NCBI GenBank assembly: GCA_032718475.1
Contig: JAUCBJ010004653.1
Span: 1 to 54,459 of the forward strand
Source: Nemertoderma westbladi
Taxonomy: Eukaryota > Animalia > Xenacoelomorpha
Direction of reading: 5' to 3'
Length of the DNA: 54,459 nucleotides
The notes beneath the pieces were generated by a model. That model searched no databases, was not told the origin of the DNA, and saw nothing but the letters and a program-made list of their open reading frames with translations. This document shows, in pieces, positions 13,239-26,306 of this stretch (the first letter of the stretch is position 1; the number at the start of each line of letters is the position of its first letter). Made by a program: the position numbers and the translations under genes.

Positions 13239-13924
13239 CTGCAGCATATTATATATAGTAACTAATTAATTAAATATAAATACGAAAAACCACCATGTAC
13301 AAAGGGATGTCTATAGATGAACAAAATGAGCATGATGGATCGCAAACCAGATCGCAGGAACCGGACATGGTAAGTTTGACTGGAAGCCAAGATAACATTA
13401 TTAGGAGTATAGGAGGACACGTGGCCTAGATTACTCGAAATTTCGGAGAAGGTTTTCGCGTTTTGCGCGAATTAACTGCCCCGATGTCGAGATACGAGTT
13501 CTACACTTTACAGGTAAGGATAGAAAGTAGGGTACATGCCTCCATAGATAAATTTAAAGGTTTGAGTGTTTAGAGAGAGAGTTTAAAGAGTTGAGTGGCG
13601 ACAACTTTATTCAAGTAAAGATAATCGATAAGTTGGTAAGTGCGAGGGAAAGCCTCATTCAGTTTAAGTCAGTTGTAGAATTGACTCAACGAGAAAAACT
13701 CGATCAACTGATGGGTGAGTCTGTTTCCGACACGTTGTTGCAACCCAAAGAGGAAGAAGAACTATACTGCCTGGACGGGAGGTTAGAGACGCTCACCAAT
13801 TTTCTTTGTAGATGCGGCATCCCGATCGAAGAACCAGAAGTCGAACCGCGAGGGATGACAGAAGTTCTAACTACGGAAGGCTCGCGAGCCTTCCGTACAT
13901 TTACAGTACAAATTAAACGCATAT

Positions 13925-14292
13925 GTAAAACTGGACAGAATGTAAATTAGCGGAGAAATTCTATATTAAAAGAGACGGACCAACACTCAACACCCAATAC
14001 CTAAAAGAACACGATGCGGGGTGGTGAGAATTAACTTTTATACAATAGTTCCAGTTCCAATTATCTGGGGGGGGGGGGGGGGGGGGTAGGTGCAACCTAG
14101 ATACCTACCGGTAGCAGTATTTTTGTCATTGGTGCAGTAGTTGTCAGTAGTATAATAGTTTCTAGTACCCTTACCGGTTAGACGCATAGTTGATTACTGC
14201 TTGATAAAGGCCTGTTGGCTGAAATATAATAGCATTAGTATTATTATATACCGATTACGTGATATAGACCACATTCAACTTATATAACTATG
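13925..14292 (+). mobile_element. Penelope-like element 3' fragment inserted in BEL-A gag
   Basis: 13932-14027 reads WTECKLAEKFYIKRDGPTLNTQYL.., matching the GIY-YIG C-terminal ExxxIKxxxPxLN motif; followed by a pLTR-type hammerhead-like CTTGATAAAGGCCTGTTGGCTGAAA (14200-14224). Confidence 0.7.
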
Positions 14293-17200
14293 ATTGCTCC
14301 AGTAACCTGGGCGATGAATTATTTTAGAAGAAAGCAGCATCCGAAGCTCGTGCCGAGTTAAAGGCACGACAAATAAGAGTTCGTTTAGCTGTACAGAAGG
14401 CGGAGTTAGCAGCGCAACAACAGGCGGCCAACCGACGCGAAAGAGAGATGCAACTCCAATTCGAACTAAACCGTAGATCACGGGAGTTAGCAAATGCACC
14501 ACGCGAGCAAATGCGCGAACTCGATGCGAGAGATAGATCTATAAGGTCTCGAGCTGGACATGACTTGTCTGCCCTGGATTTGCTTGGAAATTCGACATCG
14601 CAAAATTCAGAAGCGAATAGAAGAAGGAAGCGTAGGAGTGATCAAACGAGGAGAGGAATTCATCGAGGATTATCGTAAACGTTTTCCCGAGGTTATTCCT
14701 ATGCTCAAACCTATGACTCCGATGGAACCGATTATAGTTGTAAAGACAAAGGAGATATCGCCTGTGTGTTGGACTCAAAGTAACAGGTTTGTTATGTTGG
14801 AGTTGATTCCGCAACCACGAGCGACTTCATCGCCGATTTTAGCAGGTAAGGTAAGTAGTCCACCTACCATAAGCCGTAGTTTACTTGTAGAAAGAGACGA
14901 ACCTGCGTTTATGACAATTAAACAGGTAAATAAGCCATTACCAGTTAAACCTTTAACGTGCTGCATGAACCCAGTCATTTATAGACCGACAACGGCTAAA
15001 CCGGAGCTCTTTATTCGACCTTTAACACATTGTGGAACGAAACCTACAACTTCGCGGAAGACTTGCAAGCCTACCGAATGACAATGGACTAACTTTGTGG
15101 GTAGTACACACAGGTTAGAACAGCACTTATCGAAACATACGACTTCGGGGAAGGCTTGCGAGCCTACCGAACGACAAAGAACCGTGGATTCCGAAGAAAA
15201 GCGAATGCGGCCGACGAAATTTACATGCCGCACGTGAATTCACCAACCACCGTATCCCGACAACAGCGACTCACCCAGTGATTCAGAGTCGACGGAATGG
15301 GAAATATTCCATACTGGAGTGGCAGTGGATTATAAACGAGAGGAGAGATCGACAAATCCATACATCGACAATCCTCCATGAGATACGCCCACTCAGAAAC
15401 CCACGTTGCAACCGGCCGAGGAGATTATCACTAGACAGCTCGCCGAAATAATGCGACCTATAGCGGACTGACTGGCTCAGATCGAAGAGCGGCTTGAAGC
15501 TCCATCATCGGATCGATCACGGACCAGCATGGAATTGGAATGACCTAGACCACATCGACCACCATATAGAGAACCGGAGGCCAGACAAACTACGAACCAT
15601 CGAGTAGACGATCCCGTTAAACTTTCCTACCGACGAACAATGCGCGGACGGGAATGACTGGACGCTATTACCGAACAGGGACACGGCCAGTTGGACTTAA
15701 TCAATGAGATTGCTAAGTTTGCAGCCAGACACGGATTACCAGCACAGCAACCGCCGAAGTTTTCTGGCAACACAAAACACTGGCGTATGCTGGTAGACTA
15801 CGTAGAGTCCCAGATCGCTATGTGTGCCTTCACCTCAACAGAGAAGTTTAATTACTTGCTCCAAATTCTATCTGGTGAGCCGAAAAGATTAGCGGAGACC
15901 TTCATCGGTGTTCCGAACGCCTTTGAGTTGGCATACAACTGTTTGTTTTCCATATACGGTGGCAACGTAGCCATGGCTACATCTATTATAGAAGACCTCT
16001 GTAGAGGTGGACCTATTTCGAAACCAATCGATCTTCTATGACTCGCGGATGAGATAAAAAATGCTATAGGGACTTTACGGTCCATTGGTCAACTCGAGTA
16101 CGCCAACGCGCCAACAGTTCTAATTAGGATCATTGGCAGACTCCATCATCGGTTACGCCGAGAATGGCGACTAAAACACCAGTGTGAAGAGGCTGGCGGG
16201 CTACTGAAACTCACCGATGTTTACCAGTTGATCTCACGTCGCGGGAGGCCGTGGTTGAGACCATGTCTAACTATATGGACCACCATATAGCGGCAGAAGG
16301 AATAGCTATTGTTGCACCGAATCGGACCAAGCAACTTCCGACGAACACGAAAGCCGTGACCTATGCCACCCCAACGGTCACTTCCAAGGTTCTGACGCCT
16401 ATCGCCACCAAACAGCCACGTCAACAGTTGCTGGCAGATTTTGTGGGATGCCCATACTGCGAGCGGAACGGCGGAAGATATAGTGGACACAAGCTACTTA
16501 CGTGGATGTCGCGCTTTTAAAGATTTAGGAGTTGAGGAAAGATGACTCCAGATTCGTCCATTGGATTCTTGTTGGAGATGTACCATGCCTGGACACATCC
16601 AGAAGGACTGCCCAAAAGATGACACATGTCCTCTGTGCGGACGTAACCATGATGCGTTACTCCACACAACCATTCACACTCCAACTAAGCACTTTCGACA
16701 AGAGTATCCCAATAAAGCGGCTAGATGCAACGTGCTTTATAAAGAGCGCGCACCGTGCGAAATCCGTACTTTCTACACCGATTGTATAGATCAATCTGGA
16801 TCATCGGACAGGGAAGAGGAGGAAGATGACACCTTTTATGTGCATGCAGGAGAAGAACAACCATATAAACACTCCTTACATACAACCAGTTGAAAGGGTT
16901 TAGCGTGATACCAATTAAGATCACAGGAACCCGAGGGAGTAAGCGTATATACGCTATCTTGGACTATGCGTCGTCACATCGTTACGTCCACGAACAAGTA
17001 GCCGACATAGTTACAGACATGAGCCAAGGTAAGACTGCTCAGTATACGGTTAGTAGTATGCATGGTAAAAGGGCAATACCTGTGACTAGAGTAAAATTAA
17101 CCTTAGATACTCTTCTTTCCAAAGTGGAATATAGCAAGAAGGAATGCTCACTACTTCCGGTAAGGAACTTGACCTTTGCGGCCACAAAGGACTTTAGTAA

Positions 17201-19779
17201 CCTGCTCGGTCCTATGCCAGATCAATTCCTGGAAGACCGTAAGTATTTCCGACATCTTGGAATACCGGAATGTCCTGTTAATTATCGCTCAATTGTGATG
17301 TTAATTTGGAAGGGCCAGTTTAACTTGCATCAAGTATGGGAGACATGCCCATCTGTGAGAACAGCGGGCCACCCTTACGCATGTAGAACTCCCATAGGTT
17401 GGTATACTAGAGCGCCTGTGCGTTTACTAGAGGTAAGTGATCAGGAGGACGACATCTTGCGCAGGTGTAGTTTACTGACTACCACGATAGCTAATTCTCC
17501 TTCACACTCCTGTGGTCCAATTGTACGACAGACTTACGTCGCTACCGACACTGACGTAACAGATCTGGACGAGACCACACGGACCTCTAACATACAGCTA
17601 CTTGCAGCGAAACAGGTTGTATCGACCACCGAAGACCAAAGGGTTGTTGCTGTGGATGACTCGATGAACGAGGATTTTGGAAGGCTTGGGAGCCTACCGA
17701 CAAATCTGAAGGTCATTGACCCTATTCACCAAGCTTCGACACCAGTCGCTGATCTTGGAAGGCTTGTGAGTCTACCGACAGATCAAAATGTTTCGATGCT
17801 GACTAGTGACACCGGAAGGCTTGTGAGCCTACCAGCCACATTGACACTAGCCACCGCAGCGGACAATGATGTAGACAAGGACTGTGGCGCAGTGCAAGCC
17901 GCGCTTGACCGACTGCTGACTGAGAAGACCATTAAGTGGTTGGAATAGGACTCAGCAGAACCCGGTAGTTACGAGACCGCTATGTCAGAACAGGAAAAAC
18001 AGTCATTAAAGATTATGAAGGATACCATTCACCACATCGCGAATGGCCACTACGAAGTTGGAATATTGTGGCGCTATGGACAACCTAAGCTCGTTAACAA
18101 CTACCCACTTGCTTTGAGACGACTCAAGTCGACACGGCAGTGGCTAGCGGCTGTTGCGTGATGAGACGGCCCATATGCAATACAACGCAGAACTTCAGAC
18201 GTATCTCCAAAAGGGATACGCCATTAGGATGACAAACCCTGAGGTAACCACAGACCAAACATATTATCTGCCATATCATTTTGTTCGACACCCAGACAAA
18301 CCTGGCAAGGTGAGTGTGGTCAACGACTGCGCCGCACTTTACCAAGGGATGTCTATGAATAGCGAATTGATGGACGGGCCGAATATGAATAATTACCTAA
18401 TGCGTTTCAGACAATGCAAGGTGGACTTCACCTGTGACTTAGAGGCCATGTTTCACCAGGTTAAAGCTTTGGAGCGGGACAGGGACAGTTTGAGGTTTCT
18501 TTGGTACCCGGACGGAAATTTAGATCTTCCGCCAGAAACTTACCAAATGCAGGTAAGAGTTTTCAGGGCCCGGGACAGCCCCAACTGCACCATGTACGCC
18601 CTAAAGCAGACTGCTTTAGACAGACGAGAACAATTTGACCCAGAAGTTGTTCGGACAGTGGAGCGGGATTTTTACGTGGATGATGGCCTCAAGAGTTTTG
18701 ACACTCTGGAGTGTGCCAACTCCAAGATTGTCTTGCCGAGGGCGGATTCCACCTCACGAAATTTGCTTCCAATAAATCCGAACTAGTGAACTCATTTGAT
18801 CAGACAGACTGTAGTGGAGGTGACCTAGATTTAGATCTAGAACCTCTACCTACGACCAAGGTATTAGGACTTAGTTGGGACCCGAACACCGATAACTTTA
18901 GGGTGCGAGTAAGGTCCAATGACCAGATGAGACCTCTCACCAAGAGGACTTGCTTATCGACCATGAGTCGACTATATAACCCACTGTGTTTTATCAGTCC
19001 AGTGATCCTACACACTAGGATCATACTCCGCAGCATTTTGCAAGCCGGACTGGAATGGGATGATCCCATCCCAGAAAAGCTAGCCGAACAATGGAGGGAC
19101 TGAGAAGCCCAACTGACGTTCCTACAGGACTATACCATACCAAGGGTATACTTTCCTTTACAGACCATCTTTCCTGCTGACTCGGAGCTTCACAGCTTCA
19201 GCGACGCTAGTAAGGATGGGCTGGGGGTTACCTTATACCTTAGACGACAAGTGACTTCGGACAGCTATGAAGTATCTCTCGTTACTTCGAGGGCAAAAAC
19301 AATGCCATTGAAGTACATGACAGTGCCTACAAGCCGGGACGATATCTACCGATATTGTCAGTCTAGTTCAACGCGAGTGGGAGGCTAACTTGAAGGTCAC
19401 ATATTGGACTGATGCGATGTTAGTACTTTGGTATATAAATAACGACACATTTCAGTTCAAGACTTTTGTAGCCAACAGACGGGCTGAAACACTGGACCGG
19501 TCCGGTCGCTCAAACAAAATTGGCGTCACTGTCCAGGGAAACTGAAGCTGACATCGCGTCATGGGGAATGTTACCCATTGACTTTTGTAAACTGGACAAT
19601 AAGTCCTTTTGGTTTAAAGGACCAGACTTCCTACAGTGACCATCGGATGAAAGGCCACCGTTATTCGACGCGACAACTAACACCATACCGGAGGGTGCCG
19701 AGATAAAAATCAACACTGTTGTCAAATCGAAAGCCAACGCCAAGGTCAAGAAGAAACATGGACGGACAAAATCGAATGA

Positions 19780-20215
19780 CCTGGACATTAGACCAGACAT
19801 TACGCCAGATGTCTCGCCAGACACTCGGACAGACGTACTAACGAATCTTTCGCCGGATGTTCCGTGGGAGATTTCACCAGACGTTTCGCCGGATTATGTC
19901 TTGCCAGATTATTCACCAGAAGCGACACCATATTGTTTTCCGGATTATACGCCAAATTGCTTAATGGAGCTCTCGACAGATTGTCTACCGGACATCTCGC
20001 CAGACTTTCTACCAGACATCTCGACAGACTGTCCACCAGACTTTAGACCAGACACTCTGACAGAAGCTACACCAGACTTTCTACCGGATATATGACAAAA
20101 TATTTCTCCGGATGTTCTGCAATATGTTTCACCAGACGTCTCACCAGACTGTTCGCCGGACACCTCACCAGACTGTCTACCAGACATACCACTAGACGAA
20201 CCACCGGAAAGTAGC
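19780..20215 (+). repeat. Degenerate 12-bp minisatellite in BEL-A pol encoding PDxx tetrapeptides
   Basis: Recurrent CCAGAC/CCGGAT at ~12-bp period; PDIRPDITPDVSPDT..PDISPDFLPDIS. Confidence 0.85.
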
Positions 20216-20218
20216 GAC

Positions 20219-21949
20219 ATGTGCTATGGCGCTGCAATGATCCCATTGGAGCGGACTAGTACATACCCATTAGAAATTACTAACTTACCTACTTTGACTT
20301 CCTTGAATCATGACAAAGGTGTGGAAACATCGATCACACTCCGCCCAAGGAAAATACTTGACTTACAACCCACGGCTAAACGTGTGACCAAGGTTAGGAG
20401 GCTTACAAGCCCACACGAACACACTGATACTGTAGAGTTGAAACTGTTACTACCAGTCAATTCACTGAGTGCAGACTGTAATGGTAAGACCGAGGAGATT
20501 GAAGTACTTAAGGACTCAGACAAACCCATTGTACAAAGGGAGACACTTACCGGAAGGCCCGCGGGCCTACCAAGTCCGAACAAGTATCCACACTTTGACT
20601 ATACCTTACCTGACAACATCACCAACACTTACATTGACAGGATAGTTAACCTAACTATATCATGGACGGACATGTGCCGCAAGTTAGCATGGCTCAAACG
20701 TTTGAGACAATATGCCAGAGGCAAACGCGACTTTCCAAGAAGACTTACCTTGGCTGAAATTGGTAGTTGTGAAGTTGATATTATTAAACATTATCAATTG
20801 CGATATTTCGCACGAGAGTTCACAGCGATCAATCAGGGTAAACAGATCAAGTCTTCACCGATCTTGAGTTGGAGACCAATAATTTACAAGGGCTTACTTT
20901 GTCATAAGTCCAGACTCCAAAACATTGACTTCGCATTAGACTTTAGGTATCCTATCATACCGCAACACCATGAGTTACAGCGTGATATGATACTGGACGC
21001 ACACGTACAACTCAAACACGTAGGTAGACACCACTGTCTATCACACTTACGCTCAAGGTTTGTACTGATTAGGCCTAGTAAGGCACTGAGTTCAGTGACA
21101 CGTAACTGTATTATTTGTAAGAAGGTGCACGCGAGGATAGGACACCAAGAGATGAGTGAACTACCATTAGCAAGGTTACAGGCCTTTAGACCCCCTTTCA
21201 CTGAGATGGGGATAGACTGTTTTGGACCCATAATTGCGAAACGCAGAAGGGTACAGGTAAAACGCTGGGGATTAATCTTCACCTGCATGGCCAGCAGAGC
21301 TGTCCATATTGAACGTGTGACAGATTTAACCACCAACGCCTTTATCCTAGCATTATGGCGATTTATCGCTAGACGTGGATTGGTCAAATCCATTTATTGC
21401 GACCAAGGGACTAACTTTATGGGTGCACGGAATGAAATCTCCAGAGCTTTAAGGAGATTGGACCAAAATCAAATTTCTGACGAACTACGTCCTCACAACA
21501 TTGTCTGGAGCTTTAACACTTCTGACAGTCCGTGGAGAGGCGGAGTTTGGGAAAGATTGATTGGTTCAATCAAAACGGCTATGGCGAAAGTAATACCGAC
21601 GCAACGCATCTTAACAGACGACCAACTGACGATGTTGTTAATAGAAATCGAGGCGGTTCTGAATACCAGACCCATCGCTTTGATCCCAGACAACAACGAC
21701 TCACATTTTGCCTTGACACCAGCGCACCTGCTTATGCAGGCGCCGACAACATTGTTGCCCACTTCGGTACCTGTCGATAGCGATGGTTACGGCAACAAAG
21801 CTTGGAAAATCACTCAATTATTAGCCAACAAATCTTGGGAAATATGGCAGAAGTACTATTTGCCCTCTATTTCGGCCAGAACCTCTTGGTATCTTAATAC
21901 CCGATGTCTAAAACAGGTGACCATGTTTTATTGGCTGAAACCAATTTGA
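20219..21949 (+). pseudogene. BEL-A integrase region
   Basis: HHCC zinc finger and DDE core motifs; frameshifted C-terminal domain continues in 21904-22090. Confidence 0.9.
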
Positions 21950-22878
21950 AACAACGGTTTTGGCTGACTGGAGTCATTTTAACCACACACCCGACATCTG
22001 GCGTAGTAAGGACAGTAAATGTACGGACAATCGATGGTCGTACTGTTGATAGGCCTGTACAATGTCTCGTGCTCCTTGAGGAGACTAGAAACAAGACAGT
22101 AGACTATAAATCTCCACCCAACATTTGTAAACAGAGATGTGGGACCCTTGATGGTCGCCACATAGCCTTACTGTATTCTAGTATTTTGTATTACTGTACA
22201 TTTGTATTCCTCTTCACTGTAGATTGAAGACAGGGGTGGAATTCCATTGTCTTTATATGTGAACATGGAGGGTAGTACCCTTATGTATCACATAGGAGCG
22301 GGATTGTGTGTACAGTAGGAATGGAATTCTACTTGGAACCCAGAAATGAGACAATTTTTCAAAAATTTTAGATAAATCCATTCATTTGGATTTAGATATA
22401 AGAAAAACAATTCTCCAGTGGACGGATTCTAGGATATGGAACCTAGGATATGGATATGGATCTAGGATGGAACCAAAATTGGGGAGGGACAAGAGCAGAT
22501 GGAAGGCTTGAGAGCCTACCGATATATTTTTTTGGAAAATAAAATCAGCCTTGTTCTAAAGTCTTGTCTATTATTATATTTTAGTCTGATTAATTCTCGA
22601 CTGCATTATTTTTTCTGGGAGTAGTTTAGGATTAAAAGGTGAGTATTTTAGTTATAGTTTTAGTTTATATATATTTTAGTTTTAGGTATATTAGTTTACC
22701 CAGAATTCGTTTTTTATCGGCACATTTTTTTGGATTAGGAGCCAGTGCGAAATCACGCGGAACCCGAAGTCTTAAGGCAAATGGGTAGGGGTTTTAGCGC
22801 AAAGTTGAGCTGAAGGCTGACAAAACTCTAATTTTCCTCACATCTAACCTCTGTTTGTGCTTCCTCTAGTAGAATGTA

Positions 22879-25800
22879 ATGATACGTAACCATATATATG
22901 CGTATATAATGTCTGAGAGGATGTATAAGGAGTTACGACAGGGATTCACGATGGAGCAGGAGCACCAGGCGCCATTTAATCGATATGGAGCCAAGAACTT
23001 TAACGTGTTTGTAGTTGAGAGTATGGCTAGAAGTAAGGCCAAGCTCGCAAAGTCCAAGGCGGATCCAAACATCACGCGACAGCGACTAGACGCCTATAAC
23101 AAAAGAGCAGAGGAGTTACGTATGGAGTTCAACGCGTTGTACCCCTACGATGCGTTATGCGACGCCAGCGACATTTGCGAGGACCCCAACATGGAGATAC
23201 GCCGATTATATCACATGCTGCAATATTTGACGGCGAGTGAAACCTTGCCTGTAGCTAGGGACGAATTTGATGGGATGCATCTTTATAGCGTGCTCAAGGA
23301 GCGGATCCGGAAACTAAGGAAGAGTTCTCCATTTATAAACTGTTCTATAAATGTGGAGGATGTATGAGTGTGCAAGACAACACAATTGAACCCGGAGAAC
23401 CCCGAGCTGATATTAGTGCGTTGCCCAAACCATCAGAGTCTGCGTTACCAAGAAGGCAGATACCCTTTGACGAATCCGTACCACTCGTTTAAGATGAGTG
23501 AGCCGAACATGGGCGAGATTGTTGTTTATGAACCCAAATTAGTCGAACCAGACATCTACAGTATGGTAATAGACAAGTCTAATAAGTCGACACAGGAGAA
23601 GAGGGAAGCTCTTAGTATATATAGGGCATACAAGGCGTACGAGAAAGGCGAGATCAAGGAGTTTGGCGGAAGGCTCGCGAGCCTACCATTCTATTGGATA
23701 TCCTACGATCAAACCGAACTCAAGGAGATGACACCCGAGCTCTTCGATAGTATCTCCTATGCTCAGCGTTTGTCGCAGAGACTGCAGATACCACACGTCG
23801 TGATGATGCGAGAATCTCAACCCCACCCTGCCAAGACGGTAGTGCCGGTCGCGAGGACAGCAAACTTTCCTATTAGCATACCGACCCGAGAGGAGACGAC
23901 CTACGAGATTCCCATAGTGGAACACCTGGATTTCATTTCGAACCTGGATTTCCTCCCATCGGTAATGTTTGGCAATCTATTAGAGGAGGCGGAGTTGCGT
24001 AGAAAAATAGTTCAAAAAATTGTACGCAACGTGCCTCCACATATTACTGACTTTAAGGAAGTTGATCGCGCAGGGACAGATATCGCACCTTGAATCCTGC
24101 GAGGGTATTTGGCAAAGATGATTCGATTATGGATCAGAGTCGGCACATTCGAAACCGACACCGACATCGCGACCAATTGGACAGGGAAACCTATTAGCCT
24201 CGATGATGAAAAGTCTATTGGGAGGATTTGGAACCCTAGCGACAATTTACTCAACAATTGGGATGCGATGAGTCGATCTCTACAGGAGAATGGATACATG
24301 TTTTATGATAATGAAGGAGGAAGCCATCAGCAGAGCCTCACTTCAAAGACCATACAAATTCGAGCACCAGACGGAGTGCTACACATCTTCAGCCAACAGA
24401 GGAGCGATCGAAAGATGCCGATGCCGGAAGGAACGATGCAAAGATATGCTATGATAAAATGGATTATTAAATCCATGGACCTAGCTTGTAGCATAGAGGC
24501 TAGGATGTTACCAAAGGCCATGCGCGACGTTGTACTTGATAAGAGTATCATCAAGATCGGATCCGGTATATAGGAGGACCTTTTTAGTGATTTCGCTGGA
24601 ATGCCCGAGGAGGAGGATCGGTTGCCTACGCCTTACGTGGATACTAGACCATTGTTGCTTTGGGCCATCGAGCAAGGATATTTTCGAGAATATAACACGC
24701 TTAAAACTGGAACGGGTTATATCTCATATCTCATGTTTAGTTGGGATTATAAGGAGTGCAAGAGGAGCAAATACACAGACGTATGCGGTGAGGGAGATAC
24801 CCCTAACGTGAACGAGTTTGAGTCACAGCTAAAGTGGCGAGGATGTGCATATTGGGCGATCACCTCACCTCCGCGGATAATCTTGCAATACTATTTGGCG
24901 ATCGTATCATCCGTAAACGTGTGTTTCATCGCCGATGTAGTGTCTAGGACTTTAAAGCAATATCCGTTATGTCTCGGCGGAGGACACAGAGTTTCCGAGG
25001 GAGGAAGGACGCATACTGATGTATTCCGCCGATTTCTCAAACCATTTTACAACACCGATGCCCACTGTGAAGTATTCACGCAAGCGGGATTCTGCGTTTT
25101 TAGAGATGTTTATCTCACCTAGTTGACAGACCGTCAATGTTGACGTTAGTACAGTATGAAGGGGAACGCCACGCAGAGATTAAAGGCCTGGAAGGATCTT
25201 GGAAGGATCCGAGGATCCGCGACAATCGACGAACCGTTGCGGCAACTCATAGAGATAGAGGAGAATCTTCCGAGGAAGACTTGAACCGAGATACTCGACC
25301 TAGAGAAGAGCGACGCCATGGTTTGTGTGCAACCCACGGAGACGAACATACCGACTGACCCCGATGATGAAGATTATCACGTGGATGGTAGCGCTCGCCC
25401 CATTGGAGATCTCATCTATGAGCGAGTTTGGTATCCTGCCAACACCATTTGTGACAGATGCGGGGCTACTGGCCATCACGCAAAGAAATGTGGAGCTAAA
25501 CATATATATCTACCAGATTTAGTGTGCAGCTGGTGTGGGGATCAATGGTCATACACTTTCTACACCTGCTGGCGCTTCGTAGCTCAATGCATGTATTGTA
25601 ACATCAAAGGTCATAGGGCGTCTGAATGCCAACTTAGGGACGTTCCCTATGAGCATATGTCGGTAAAGATCACCCGACAGCTATTTGACCATTGGGAGAA
25701 TTTAGCAGATGAGCATGTCTCGACGCAGCGATGCCGTTTCCCCATGAGAGCGCATTTGGGATTTTAGGCGTAAACCCTCTCATTATGTCGAAGGAAGGAT

Positions 25801-26306
25801 ACGTGTCAGCTATGCCTCAATATGACGAACTTTTAGAGGTACTAGACATATTGCCATTGGATAGCGGCTTCAAAGTCGTGAGGGATTATTTCCTACAGGT
25901 CCACCCGGATAATAAGAACACTTGGAACTTTCAAACCATGGTGAACAAGATTACCGCTGGAGAGTTCGATAAATTGCGAGTCGAACAGCGGAATCGGGGA
26001 GCCTGGCATTCGATAGCTTGGGCTTACAGGAGCGCATTTCATCACAAACGTGTGACCTCGTGTATCTTGGACGAGGTAGACGTCTTGCGTGAGACTGGCT
26101 TCAAGGCCACGCCGTTACTCGAAAGGGTACGCCACCCTCAGGAAGACCCGCAGTTTCGTATTCTTAGAGCCCAGAAGGCCAGACAAGAGATTAAGAAAGT
26201 GGTGAATGTCGCCGAAAGGACAACGTCAAACTGGATGACTCGGGGCACAGTTTCCCTTCCTAGAGAACCACGTGGGGGGCTGGATTTGCTTTACCCAAAC
26301 CCATGA
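22879..26306 (+). pseudogene. BEL-A accessory ORF2 of unknown function with three CCHC zinc knuckles
   Basis: ORFs 22879, 23368, 24109, 24601 and 25318 share one frame broken by isolated TGA/TAG stops; knuckles CDRCGATGHHAKKC, CSWCGDQWSYTFYTC, CMYCNIKGHRASEC (~25450-25629); likely frameshift into 25731-26306. Confidence 0.7.

Noticed and set aside
20397-20414. Eleventh BEL-A stem-loop (GGAGGCTTACAAGCCCAC)
   Set aside because: Too degenerate to count with confidence.
22879-26306. env gene for BEL-A
   Set aside because: No signal peptide, clear TM anchor or fusion-protein pattern; zinc knuckles point to a nucleic-acid-binding protein.
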